In this document: positions 53,070 through 64,000 of the stretch, piece after piece
Layout of the letters: every line of letters begins with the position of its first letter
Position numbering within the stretch: position 1 is the stretch's first letter
NCBI RefSeq assembly: GCF_024700885.2
Contig: NZ_CP117016.1
From: Escherichia coli
GTDB taxonomy: Bacteria > Pseudomonadota > Gammaproteobacteria > Enterobacterales > Enterobacteriaceae
Strand: one strand, 5' to 3'
DNA: 64,000 nucleotides
Position numbers and translations under genes: made by a program
The notes under the pieces: model-generated
Databases searched by the model: none
Told to the model about the DNA's origin: nothing
What the model saw: the letters and a program-made list of their open reading frames with translations, nothing else

Positions 53070-53679
53070 AGAAAAGGGGTAACACCGATTACCCCATTCA
53101 TAACCTTTCTTTATCCTCTTTTAAAACATCTTTTTAACGTCAATGATGCCATTGCTTAGCGTTATCATCAGGTAATCCGTTTGCGGATAACCAAAAATGC
53201 AGGTTAATTGTTTTTTTAATAGCGAAATTTTCTATTCATTCGTGATCAAGATCACGATGCTGTGGCAATGTAAAAACATTGCAAGAACTAGGTTAAAATC
53301 ATTTAAATTTACACACGCAACAAATATTGACCTACAAAACATTACACTGGCTATTTTTCAGAAACTGGACTATCTCACTAGGAAAAACGCTAAATAGCAG
53401 AACATATCGCCGTTAAGCCATCATCCCCCTCTCAGGGTAGTGAAAAAATCTGCCGTTACGTTTTTTGAAAAATTTAACGCTGGATAACATTTCCCGGAAT
53501 GGTTGAATTCCCCGCCTCAGTTATATGTAACAGATTATTACAAAGGACTTGTCTGAAAGTGCAAGATAGTGAACATTACCTGCCGTTTCCCCTCCCACTA
53601 TAACAATTGCGCGTATGTTTTTTAGGCATAACGCGAGAAAGCACCCCCGTTAATATGGGATGTAAAAAAAGAGGTAAAA

Positions 53680-55182
53680 GTGTCCACTGCAAACCAAAAA
53701 CCAACTGAAAGCGTCAGTTTGAACGCTTTCAAACAACCGAAGGCGTTCTATCTCATCTTCTCGATTGAGTTATGGGAACGTTTTGGTTATTACGGCCTAC
53801 AAGGAATTATGGCTGTTTACCTGGTTAAACAACTGGGTATGTCTGAAGCGGATTCAATCACCCTTTTCTCTTCCTTTAGTGCCCTGGTTTATGGTCTGGT
53901 CGCTATCGGCGGCTGGTTAGGTGACAAGGTACTGGGTACTAAACGCGTAATTATGCTTGGCGCTATTGTGCTGGCGATTGGTTATGCTCTGGTTGCCTGG
54001 TCTGGTCACGACGCCGGTATCGTTTATATGGGTATGGCGGCTATTGCGGTCGGTAACGGCCTGTTTAAAGCTAACCCGTCTTCTCTGCTTTCTACATGCT
54101 ATGAGAAAAACGACCCGCGTCTGGACGGTGCATTCACCATGTACTACATGTCCGTCAACATCGGCTCTTTCTTCTCTATGATCGCCACCCCGTGGCTGGC
54201 CGCGAAATACGGCTGGAGTGTTGCGTTTGCGTTGAGCGTTGTAGGCCTGCTGATCACTATCGTTAACTTCGCCTTCTGCCAACGCTGGGTTAAGCAGTAC
54301 GGTTCAAAACCAGACTTCGAGCCTATCAACTACCGTAACCTGCTGCTGACCATTATTGGTGTTGTGGCACTGATCGCTATCGCCACCTGGCTGCTGCACA
54401 ATCAGGAAGTTGCGCGTATGGCGCTGGGCGTTGTTGCCTTTGGTATCGTGGTTATCTTCGGTAAAGAAGCCTTCGCGATGAAAGGTGCTGCGCGTCGTAA
54501 AATGATCGTTGCCTTCATCCTGATGCTCGAAGCCATTATCTTCTTCGTGCTGTACAGCCAGATGCCAACGTCACTGAACTTCTTTGCGATTCGTAACGTT
54601 GAACACACCATTCTGGGCCTGGCCGTAGAACCTGAGCAGTATCAGGCACTGAACCCGTTCTGGATCATCATTGGTAGCCCGATTCTGGCCGCTATCTATA
54701 ACAAGATGGGCGATACCCTGCCGATGCCAACTAAGTTTGCAATCGGTATGGTGATGTGTTCTGGTGCGTTCCTGATTCTGCCGCTGGGTGCAAAATTCGC
54801 GTCTGACGCAGGTATCGTGTCTGTAAGCTGGCTGGTCGCAAGCTATGGCCTGCAGAGTATCGGGGAACTTATGATCTCTGGTCTGGGTCTGGCAATGGTT
54901 GCTCAACTCGTTCCGCAGCGTCTGATGGGCTTCATTATGGGTAGCTGGTTCCTGACCACTGCCGGTGCAAACCTGATTGGTGGTTATGTTGCGGGTATGA
55001 TGGCTGTGCCGGATAACGTTACCGATCCACTGATGTCACTGGAAGTCTATGGTCGCGTATTCTTGCAGATTGGTGTCGCTACTGCCGTTATTGCAGTACT
55101 GATGCTGCTGACCGCGCCGAAACTGCACCGCATGACGCAGGATGACGCTGCAGACAAAGCGGCGAAAGCTGCTGTAGCGTAA
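53680..55182 (+). CDS. dtpA: Dipeptide/tripeptide permease A (POT family)
   Basis: 500-aa ORF with GTG start; 610-bp upstream non-coding region. Confidence 0.96.
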
Positions 55183-55203
55183 AATTCAGGGAAACTCTTT
55201 TAC

Positions 55204-55238
55204 AAGCCGCTAACTTTTCGTTAGCGGCTTTTTTTTTG
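55204..55238 (+). terminator. Rho-independent terminator after dtpA
   Basis: aagccgctaac-ttttc-gttagcggctt followed by a T-run. Confidence 0.8.
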
Positions 55239-55287
55239 TTCAGCAACGCACTACCATACTTTAAACCACAGACAAAAGGAGTTACCG

Positions 55288-55893
55288 ATGAAATTGTTCT
55301 ACAAACCGGGCGCCTGCTCTCTCGCTTCCCATATCACCCTGCGTGAGAGCGGAAAGGATTTTACGCTCGTCAGTGTGGATTTAATGAAAAAACGTCTCGA
55401 AAACGGTGACGATTACTTTGCCGTTAACCCTAAGGGACAGGTACCTGCATTGCTGCTGGACGATGGTACTTTGCTGACGGAAGGCGTAGCGATTATGCAG
55501 TATCTTGCCGACAGCGTCCCCGACCGCCAGTTGCTGGCACCGGTAAACAGTATTTCCCGCTATAAAACCATCGAATGGCTGAATTATATCGCCACCGAGC
55601 TGCATAAAGGTTTCACACCTCTGTTTCGCCCTGATACACCGGAAGAGTACAAACCGACAGTTCGCGCGCAGCTGGAGAAGAAGCTGCAATATGTGAACGA
55701 GGCACTGAAGGATGAGCACTGGATCTGCGGGCAACGATTCACAATTGCTGATGCCTATCTGTTTACGGTTCTGCGCTGGGCATACGCGGTGAAACTGAAT
55801 CTGGAAGGGTTAGAGCACATTGCGGCATTTATGCAACGTATGGCTGAACGTCCGGAAGTACAAGACGCGCTGTCAGCGGAAGGCTTAAAGTAA
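55288..55893 (+). CDS. gstA: Glutathione S-transferase
   Basis: 201-aa ORF recognised as GstA. Confidence 0.96.
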
Positions 55894-55899
55894 TAGCCA

Positions 55900-55935
55900 T
55901 CGGCCCACAGGTCGTTGTGGGCCGAAATGAGATAT
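55900..55935. terminator. Hairpin between convergent gstA and pdxY
   Basis: ggcccaca-ggtcgt-tgtgggcc. Confidence 0.55.
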
Positions 55936-55936
55936 T

Positions 55937-56800
55937 TCAGAGCTTTGTTGCGCTGAAATAATGTTCTGGTTTGGCAATACGATCCTGAGCAGCAACCACT
56001 TGCAGCTCATATTCCTGCATTGCTTTGGTGGTCACCATGATTTCGTATACTGCAGCGGTCACATGTTCCAGGGCCTCCTGCAGCGTTGCCCCCTGAAGCA
56101 GTTTCACCAGCAGTAAACCGCTCGTCACATCACCAACACCTACCGGCTGGCGCATACCAAAATCCACCAGCGGACGGCTGATATGCCAGGCTTCATCGGC
56201 GGTAACCAGCAGCATTTCAAAACGGTCACGGCTGTAGCCAGCTCGCGCCAGGTGTTTAACCAACACAATTTGTGGCCCTTGCGCAATGAGTTCACGCGCT
56301 GCCAGAACCGCTTCTTCGACGTTATTTACCGGATGCTCACAGAGTATTTCCAGCTCAACCAGATTCGGCGCAATGATATCGCTGGCAGGCAAACCGTGCC
56401 GCACATGAAACTCTGCGACACCCGGTGCAACGATACAGCCTTTTTCCGGATGACCCATTACCGGATCGCAAAAATATTTCGCCTGCGGATTCGCTGCTTT
56501 CACCTGACGAACGATACCGAGGATATGTTCCCCCTGCTCCGCCGAACCCAGATAGCCACTTAATACGGCATCACAGGTGTGTAATTTATCAATGGCGGCA
56601 ATGCCTTGCACAATTTCGGTTAAATGGCTGGGCGGCATCACGCAGCCAGTCCATTTGCCGTATTGAGTGTGATTAGAAAATTGAACGGTGTTCAGCGGCC
56701 AGACGTTCGCGCCCAGGCGGCGCATCGGAAACTCTGCCGCACTGTTACCCGCATGACCATAAACAACGTGAGACTGGATAGCGAGAATATTTTTCATCAT
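55937..56800 (-). CDS. pdxY: Pyridoxal kinase 2
   Basis: 287-aa ORF recognised as PdxY. Confidence 0.96.
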   Translation of the reverse strand: MMKNILAIQSHVVYGHAGNSAAEFPMRRLGANVWPLNTVQFSNHTQYGKWTGCVMPPSHLTEIVQGIAAIDKLHTCDAVLSGYLGSAEQGEHILGIVRQVKAANPQAKYFCDPVMGHPEKGCIVAPGVAEFHVRHGLPASDIIAPNLVELEILCEHPVNNVEEAVLAARELIAQGPQIVLVKHLARAGYSRDRFEMLLVTADEAWHISRPLVDFGMRQPVGVGDVTSGLLLVKLLQGATLQEALEHVTAAVYEIMVTTKAMQEYELQVVAAQDRIAKPEHYFSATKL

Positions 56801-56858
56801 GTTCCCTGTATAAAAACCAGGGGGAGTGATTTCTCACTCCCCCTTTCCACTTAATGCA

Positions 56859-58133
56859 TTATTTCCAGCAAATCAGACAGTAATTCTTTTTGCCGCGACG
56901 CAGTAAGGTAAAACGACCAAACAGACGATCTTCTTCTTTAAAGAAGTATTCAGGATCGGACTGTTTTTCACCGTTAATGGTGATGGCATTGGAAGCGATA
57001 GTTTTACGCGCCTGACCACGAGAAGGTTGCAGTTCAGAATCGACCAGCGCCTGCATCAGGTCTGCGCCCTTTTCCATCTCAACCATCGGTACGCCGTCCT
57101 GCGCCAGCTGTTCGAAGTCCGCTTCACTCAGCGCACTCAAGGAACCGCTGAACAGGCATTCGGTAATACGTTTTGCCGCCTGTAAACCTTCTTCACCGTG
57201 AACCAGACGAGTCACCTGCTCCGCCAGTACATACTGGGCGCGCGGTGCTTTACCGCTGTTTTTATCTTCTTCTTCCAGGGCGTTGATCTCTTCAATGCTC
57301 ATAAAGGTGAAGAACTTCAGGAAGCGGTAAACGTCGGCATCCGCAGTGTTGATCCAGAACTGGTAGAATTTGTACGGGCTGGTTTTCTTCGGATCCAACC
57401 AGACTGCGCCGCCTTCAGTTTTACCAAATTTGGTGCCGTCTGCTTTGGTGATCAGCGGAACGGTCAGGCCAAACACCTGATTCTGATGCAGACGACGGGT
57501 CAGGTCGATACCAGAAGTGATGTTACCCCACTGGTCAGAACCACCAATTTGCAGCACCACACCGTACTGTTTGTTCAGACAGGCGAAGTCATAACCCTGC
57601 AACAGGTTGTAGGAAAACTCAGTGAACGAAATCCCCTGATCTTCACGGTTGAGACGCTGCTTAACCGCTTCTTTGTTGATCATCTGGTTAACGGAGAAGT
57701 GTTTGCCAATATCGCGCAGGAAGGTCAGCACATTCATATTGCCGAACCAGTCATAGTTGTTCGCCGCGATAGCAGAGTTTTCTCCACAGTCGAAATCGAG
57801 GAACGGGGCAACCTGCTTGCGGATTTTGTCCACCCACTCCTGAACAGTTTCTTCGGTGTTCAGCTTACGCTCAGCAGCTTTGAAGCTCGGGTCGCCAATC
57901 AGACCCGTCGCGCCGCCTACCAGCGCAACCGGCTTGTGGCCCGCCTGCTGGAAGCGTTTCAGGCATAACAATGGAACAAGATGCCCCAAATGCAAGCTGT
58001 CAGCGGTAGGATCGAAGCCGCAATAGAGCGCGATCGGGCCTTGCGCCAGTCGCTCTGCTAACGCTTCCTCGTCCGTCACCTGGGCTACCAGCCCCCGCTC
58101 TTGCAATTGTTTAATCAAGTTACTGCTTGCCAT
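56859..58133 (-). CDS. tyrS: Tyrosyl-tRNA synthetase
   Basis: ORF 56859..58145; start placed at [14 protein letters not shown] (58133) giving 424 aa; HIGH-type motif and KFGKT present. Confidence 0.97.
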
Positions 58134-58261
58134 CAAAATCTCCATGTATATAACGACTGCACCTTTGCCGGTACACGACTTTTCGCCAGATGCGAAAGAG
58201 ACATAGAATAAAGTGCCAGAATCAGGAGTACCAGCGATTAAAGCAAGATTTTTGCATCTTT

Positions 58262-58918
58262 TCAGGGGGCAAGACGATCAATCTTCCACGCATCATTTTC
58301 ACGCTGGTACAAAAAGCGGTCATGCAGGCGATGCTCACCGCCCTGCCAGAACTCAATCTGTTCAAGGCTGACGCGAAAACCGCCCCAAAAACTCGGCAAT
58401 GGCACTTCGCCCTGTTGAAACTTCTGCTTCAGCTCCAGGAATTTACTTTCAAGGATACCGCGGGCAGAAATGCGACTGGACTGCTTCGAAACCCATGCAC
58501 CAATCTGGCTATCACGGGGGCGACTATGAAAATATTTCATCACTTCGAGAGTCGAAAGTCGTTCAGCTTTACCGATCACCATCACCTGGCGCTCAAGGGT
58601 ATGCCACGGGAACAGCAGGCTAACGCGCGGATTATTTTCGATTTGATGTGCTTTACGGCTGCCGAGGTTGGTGTAAAACACCATGCCTTTTTCGTCGTAA
58701 TGTTTGAGCAAAACGATGCGCTGATAAGGCTGACCATGTTCATCCACGGTAGCGACCACCATCGCGGTAGGGTCCGCCAGTTTGGCTTCACACGCCTGAG
58801 AGAGCCAGCGTTCAAAAAGGGTTAATGGATCGGCGGGAAGATCGCGGCGGCGTAATCCGCCTTTGGTGTATTCACGGCGCAGATGCGCGATTTGCTGCAA
58901 TTCGTCGTTATCAGACAT
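58262..58918 (-). CDS. pdxH: Pyridoxine/pyridoxamine 5'-phosphate oxidase
   Basis: 218-aa ORF recognised as PdxH. Confidence 0.97.
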
Positions 58919-58976
58919 GGTTTTCTTTACGGATTGTCAGTGGGTGACGCTATTGTGCGCCGCCCCTGGAAAAATC

Positions 58977-59306
58977 TCAACGCTGTGGATTTTGTAACTG
59001 ACAGTTATTCAAGACGATGCGGTCGCGTTTATAGACAGTCGCTTCCTCGCCTTTCGACCAGAAAACATAGATCCCGTCGGTGTAACGTGCACCAGACGCA
59101 GAAATGCCCTGTTTGAGATGCAGTAGTTGATTATCGTAAACAAAACTGACTTCCTGGCGCGGATTATTCAGTTTGACCGTCAACGGTTTTTCATCACACT
59201 GGTATTCCAGCGTATCGGTTTGCATGCGCTCAACCAGTTGATTGAACGCGCTACAGCCGGTGAGAAGCACCGGCAAACAGATCAGTAACAGTTTTTTCAT
59301 AGACAT
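58977..59306 (-). CDS. mliC: Membrane-bound lysozyme inhibitor of C-type lysozyme (lipoprotein)
   Basis: 109-aa ORF with lipobox LTGC. Confidence 0.93.
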   Translation of the reverse strand: MSMKKLLLICLPVLLTGCSAFNQLVERMQTDTLEYQCDEKPLTVKLNNPRQEVSFVYDNQLLHLKQGISASGARYTDGIYVFWSKGEEATVYKRDRIVLNNCQLQNPQR

Positions 59307-59403
59307 TTCCCGAAGACTTTCCTGGTCTGGAGGGCAATACGCCCTCCCTAACGTTCCAAGTGTAACGGCAGACGCGGTAAGAAAAATTCAGTTAACTCTG
59401 ATA

Positions 59404-60513
59404 TCACGGGTTAGCAGGGAAAATAGCCCCCAGTACCGTCTCCTGGCTTGCGCCAGTGACGGAAGGCAGATTTCCTGGTAATCCCGCCAGCGTACGCCAG
59501 GCAAGCCAGGCGAAAGCCAATGCTTCCATGTCATCGCCACTAATGCCAACGGCATCGGTGGTGGTGACTTCTGTGCCTGGCAGTAATGCCGCCAGACGCG
59601 CCATGAGTAGCGGATTACGACTTCCTCCACCACATACCATCAATCGTTCGCAGCCACCGCTCAACAAAACTTGTTCAGAAATGGTCACGGCGGTGAGTTC
59701 TGCCAGTGTCGCCTGTACATCTCGGGGATCAACACCCGGAAAATGGCGCAAATGGCGCTCCAGCCAACCGTAGTTAAAGTATTCGCGTCCGGTGCTTTTC
59801 GGTGCAGGTTGCGAGAAATACGGGTCGCTAAGCATATTTTGCAGCAGTGGGAGAATGACTTTACCCGCCCGTGCCCACTCGGCATCTTTATCGTAAGGTT
59901 TACCTGCCTGACGCCAGATCCAGGCATCCATCAGCATGTTACCTGGGCCGGTATCGTAGCCCCCTACCGGCTGCCCAGGAATGAGCAGTGACAGATTGGC
60001 GATGCCGCCAATATTGAGCACCATTCGTCGCTCGGTTGGGTGAGCCAGCAGCGCATGATGGAACGCAGGTACCAGCGGTGCGCCTTGTCCTCCCAAGGCA
60101 ATATCGCGACGACGAAAATCACCGACAACCGTAATTCCGGTGCGTGCCACAATTTGATTGTTATCGCCAATCTGTAAAGTGTGTGGTGCCACGCCCGTCG
60201 GTTCATGCCAGACGGTTTGACCGTGACAGCCGATCGCAACGATATCTCTCGCCTGCAGGTTTTGTTCCTTAAGCAAGGCATTGACCGCATCAGCAAAAAG
60301 TCGCCCGAGTTGAGTATCAAGCTGTCCAAACTGAGAAAGTGTAAGCTGCTGGCCCTGGCAAATATCCAGTACAGCCTGTTTCAGAGACACCGGGATCGGC
60401 CAGCTCAAACTTGCCAGCTGTGCGACCCGGTGTTCATCAATTGTCGCCAACACAACATCAACACCATCAAGGCTGGTGCCTGACATAACGCCAATAAAGC
60501 GGCCCGATTTCAT
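59404..60513 (-). CDS. anmK: Anhydro-N-acetylmuramic acid kinase
   Basis: 369-aa ORF recognised as AnmK. Confidence 0.96.
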
Positions 60514-60786
60514 AGTTCATCCTTTTTCAATCTGACGTTTGCGCACCACTCAAACATAAACTTTTCGTGAATACCATGCGGAATGACCGATTTTTACCGT
60601 TGGTAGTAAAACATTATCTTCAAATCAATAATCATCATGAATGTTTTGTTTATAATTGGTTGATCCTACTTTCATTATGATTTGCTCATATTTGGTAGAA
60701 CATGTAACCATGGATTCACATATGCCATATACTTTGACCATGAGGGATGCTTGCGTGGCGTTTCATGGTGAACAGGAGATTTTTCA

Positions 60787-61254
60787 ATGATTAAACGCGT
60801 ATTGGTTGTTTCAATGGTAGGTCTGTCTCTTGTCGGTTGTGTTAATAACGACACCCTGTCAGGGGATGTTTATACCGCTTCTGAAGCGAAACAAGTACAG
60901 AATGTCAGCTATGGCACCATCGTTAACGTACGTCCGGTACAGATTCAGGGCGGTGATGATTCCAACGTTATCGGCGCAATTGGCGGTGCTGTTCTTGGTG
61001 GTTTCCTGGGGAATACTGTTGGTGGCGGAACCGGGCGTTCTCTGGCTACTGCAGCAGGCGCTGTTGCAGGTGGCGTAGCCGGTCAGGGCGTACAGAGTGC
61101 AATGAACAAAACGCAGGGTGTCGAGCTGGAAATTCGTAAAGACGATGGTAATACCATCATGGTGGTACAGAAACAAGGCAACACTCGTTTCTCTCCGGGC
61201 CAACGTGTCGTACTGGCCAGCAATGGCAGTCAGGTGACCGTTTCCCCGCGCTAA
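60787..61254 (+). CDS. slyB: Outer membrane lipoprotein SlyB
   Basis: 155-aa ORF with lipobox LVGC and Gly-rich region. Confidence 0.96.
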   Translation: MIKRVLVVSMVGLSLVGCVNNDTLSGDVYTASEAKQVQNVSYGTIVNVRPVQIQGGDDSNVIGAIGGAVLGGFLGNTVGGGTGRSLATAAGAVAGGVAGQGVQSAMNKTQGVELEIRKDDGNTIMVVQKQGNTRFSPGQRVVLASNGSQVTVSPR

Positions 61255-61264
61255 ATAAGTTTGC

Positions 61265-61290
61265 GTGTGGTCAGGTTACTGACCACACGT
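61265..61290. terminator. Bidirectional hairpin between slyB and slyA
   Basis: gtgtggtcag-gttact-gaccacac. Confidence 0.55.
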
Positions 61291-61300
61291 CCCCTTCATT

Positions 61301-61741
61301 TCACCCTTTGGCCTGTAACTCAATGATATTATGCTCAAGTTTTGCGATGAGCTTAATCAGTTGTTCCAGTTCCTCTGCGGAGATGCCATATAAAATTTCC
61401 GCGCGGGTTTTGTTAATAACAGCTTCCATTTCGCTGATCAGCGGCTCTGCCTTTTCCGTCAGTTTAATACGTTTAGCCCGACGATCGCTGGCACAAGTTT
61501 GACGCGAAATTAACCCTTTTTCTTCCAGTTGGTCCAGAGTACGGACCAGTGATGGCTGCTCGATGCCAATCGCTTTTGCCAGTTGAATTTGCGACTGGTC
61601 TGGAGGTAACTGATGGATATTGTGTAACGTAACCCAATGGGTTTGTGTTAACTCCAGCGGTTTCAGGCGATGGTCTATCAGAGCACGCCATATGCGCACC
61701 AACCGTGCCAGATCAGAACCTAGTGGCGATTCCAATTTCAT
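61301..61741 (-). CDS. slyA: MarR-family transcriptional regulator SlyA
   Basis: 146-aa ORF; true start may lie two codons downstream. Confidence 0.95.
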   Translation of the reverse strand: MKLESPLGSDLARLVRIWRALIDHRLKPLELTQTHWVTLHNIHQLPPDQSQIQLAKAIGIEQPSLVRTLDQLEEKGLISRQTCASDRRAKRIKLTEKAEPLISEMEAVINKTRAEILYGISAEELEQLIKLIAKLEHNIIELQAKG

Positions 61742-61935
61742 CTCCTTATAATTAGCTTGCTAAGATATAATGCGGCTTTTAGAATAGTGTGCAGCAATTG
61801 TATTGCTAAAACAAATGTATTGCTGCATTTGGTTACCGTCAGACATATTTTTCAGAAATTGCGCGTAAATTTTTCGCACTTAAAGAATATTTATTAATCT
61901 AACGCAATATATTCGGTCGTAAAGGAATCTACTTT

Positions 61936-62172
61936 GTGAAGTTTATGCTCAATGCAACAGGATTGCCCTTACAAGATCTGGTGTTCGGTGCGTCCGTCTA
62001 CTTTCCTCCGTTTTTCAAAGCCTTCGCGTTTGGATTCGTCATCTGGCTTGTCGTACACCGCCTGCTTCGTGGCTGGATCTACGCCGGTGACATCTGGCAT
62101 CCCTTGTTAATGGATTTATCGCTGTTTGCGATTTGCGTTTGCCTTGCCCTGGCAATACTGATTGCGTGGTAA
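61936..62172 (+). CDS. ydhI: Small inner membrane protein (DUF1656)
   Basis: 78-aa ORF. Confidence 0.9.
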
Positions 62173-62174
62173 CT

Positions 62175-63032
62175 ATGTCAATTAAAACAATTAAGTATTT
62201 CTCAACAATCATTGTAGCGGTAGTTGCGGTTCTTGCCGGATGGTGGCTGTGGAATTATTACATGCAATCTCCGTGGACACGCGACGGGAAAATACGCGCA
62301 GAACAGGTTTCTATCACCCCTCAGGTGTCGGGACGTATTGTTGAGCTGAATATAAAAGACAACCAACTGGTTAACGCGGGGGATCTTCTGCTCACGATCG
62401 ATAAAACGCCCTTTCAGATCGCCGAGCTGAACGCACAGGCTCAGCTGGCGAAAGCGCAATCTGACCTCGCAAAAGCCAATAACGAAGCGAATCGTCGTCG
62501 TCATCTCTCACAAAATTTTATTTCTGCCGAAGAACTCGATACCGCTAACCTCAATGTTAAAGCGATGCAGGCCAGTGTTGATGCCGCACAGGCGACGCTG
62601 AAACAGGCACAATGGCAACTGGCGCAAACGGAAATTCGCGCCCCGGTGAGTGGATGGGTGACTAACCTCACTACCCGCATCGGCGATTACGCTGACACCG
62701 GGAAACCGCTGTTTGCCCTTGTCGACAGCCACTCGTTTTACGTCATTGGTTATTTTGAAGAAACCAAGTTGCGCCATATCCGCGAAGGTGCACCAGCACA
62801 AATTACCCTCTATAGTGATAACAAAACGTTACAGGGTCACGTTTCCAGTATCGGTCGGGCGATTTATGATCAGAGCGTTGAAAGTGACTCAAGCCTTATT
62901 CCGGATGTGAAACCTAACGTCCCCTGGGTTCGCCTCGCCCAACGCGTTCCCGTCCGCTTTGCGCTGGATAAAGTCCCAGGCGATGTCACGCTGGTGTCGG
63001 GCACCACCTGTAGCATTGCCGTAGGTCAATAA
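62175..63032 (+). CDS. ydhJ: HlyD-family membrane fusion protein
   Basis: ORF 62133..63032; start placed at MSIKTIKYF (62175) giving 285 aa. Confidence 0.93.
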   Translation: MSIKTIKYFSTIIVAVVAVLAGWWLWNYYMQSPWTRDGKIRAEQVSITPQVSGRIVELNIKDNQLVNAGDLLLTIDKTPFQIAELNAQAQLAKAQSDLAKANNEANRRRHLSQNFISAEELDTANLNVKAMQASVDAAQATLKQAQWQLAQTEIRAPVSGWVTNLTTRIGDYADTGKPLFALVDSHSFYVIGYFEETKLRHIREGAPAQITLYSDNKTLQGHVSSIGRAIYDQSVESDSSLIPDVKPNVPWVRLAQRVPVRFALDKVPGDVTLVSGTTCSIAVGQ

Positions 63033-64000
63033 TGAACGCATCGTCATGGTCCTTGCGCAATTTGCCCTGGTTCAGGGCCACGCTGGCGCAATGGCGTTAT
63101 GCGTTACGCAATACCATTGCCATGTGTCTGGCGCTGACGGTTGCCTATTATTTAAATCTGGATGAGCCCTATTGGGCGATGACCTCGGCTGCAGTGGTTA
63201 GCTTTCCCACCGTTGGCGGTGTCATCAGCAAAAGCCTCGGACGCATCGCTGGCAGTTTGCTGGGAGCCATTGCAGCACTGATTCTTGCCGGACATACGCT
63301 CAACGAACCGTGGTTTTTTCTTTTGAGCATGTCGGCGTGGCTTGGCTTTTGTACCTGGGCCTGCGCGCACTTCACGAATAACGTCGCGTATGCATTTCAA
63401 CTGGCGGGCTACACGGCTGCCATCATCGCCTTTCCGATGGTTAATATTACTGAGGCCAGCCAGCTATGGGATATCGCTCAGGCACGCGTTTGCGAGGTGA
63501 TAGTCGGTATTTTGTGCGGCGGCATGATGATGATGATCCTGCCGAGCAGTTCCGATGCTACTGCCCTTTTAACCGCATTGAAAAACATGCACGCCCGATT
63601 ACTGGAACATGCCAGTTTACTCTGGCAGCCTGAAACAACCGATGCCATTCGTGCAGCACATGAGGGGGTGATTGGACAGATACTGACCATGAATTTGCTC
63701 CGTATCCAGGCTTTCTGGAGCCACTATCGTTTTCGCCAGCAAAACGCACGCCTTAATGCGCTGCTCCACCAGCAATTACGTATGACCAGTGTCATCTCCA
63801 GCCTGCGACGTATGTTGCTCAACTGGCCCTCACCGCCAGGTGCCACACGAGAAATTCTCGAACAGTTGCTGACGGCGCTCGCCAGTTCGCAAACAGATGT
63901 TTACACCGTCGCACGTATTATCTCCCCGCTACGCCCGACCAACGTCGCCGACTACCGGCACGTCGCCTTCTGGCAGCGACTACGTTATTTTTGCCGCCTA
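63032..64000 (+). CDS. ydhK: FUSC-family efflux membrane protein, 5' partial (runs off window end)
   Basis: ATG at 63032 overlapping the ydhJ stop; open frame [21 protein letters not shown]... continues to the window end. Confidence 0.88.
   Translation, partial: MNASSWSLRNLPWFRATLAQWRYALRNTIAMCLALTVAYYLNLDEPYWAMTSAAVVSFPTVGGVISKSLGRIAGSLLGAIAALILAGHTLNEPWFFLLSMSAWLGFCTWACAHFTNNVAYAFQLAGYTAAIIAFPMVNITEASQLWDIAQARVCEVIVGILCGGMMMMILPSSSDATALLTALKNMHARLLEHASLLWQPETTDAIRAAHEGVIGQILTMNLLRIQAFWSHYRFRQQNARLNALLHQQLRMTSVISSLRRMLLNWPSPPGATREILEQLLTALASSQTDVYTVARIISPLRPTNVADYRHVAFWQRLRYFCRL

Noticed and set aside
57198-57968. 256-aa plus-strand ORF antisense to tyrS
   Set aside because: Shadow ORF within tyrS

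Overview
This window reads as Escherichia coli chromosome (K-12-like gene order) carrying a roughly 15.2 kb integrated phage-satellite island at its left end. The island (positions 1 to about 15215, left boundary off-window) is inserted inside the tqsA coding sequence and encodes a tyrosine integrase, an AlpA-family regulator, a small ribbon-helix-helix regulator beside three palindromic operators, seven translationally coupled small ORFs of unknown function, a P4-type primase/helicase followed by an iteron origin, an SSB, and a complete head-and-packaging module (HK97-like major capsid, prohead protease, portal, head-tail adaptor and connector, HNH endonuclease, small and large terminase). 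No tail, tape-measure, tail-fibre or lysis genes are present. This is the architecture of a capsid-forming phage-inducible chromosomal island (cf-PICI) that makes its own capsids and borrows helper-phage tails; the class is described, but the cargo operon and regulatory repeat arrays here look uncharacterised and are the best candidates for novelty. The remaining ~49 kb is conserved core: pntBA, ydgH, ydgI, folM, ydgC, rstAB, TerB-tus, fumC, fumA, manA, ydgA, uidCBA, uidR, hdhA, malI, malXY, add, ydgJ, blr, cnu, ydgK, rsxABCDGE, nth, dtpA, gstA, pdxY, tyrS, pdxH, mliC, anmK, slyB, slyA, ydhIJK. All calls come from reading the sequence and translated ORFs; no database search was run.
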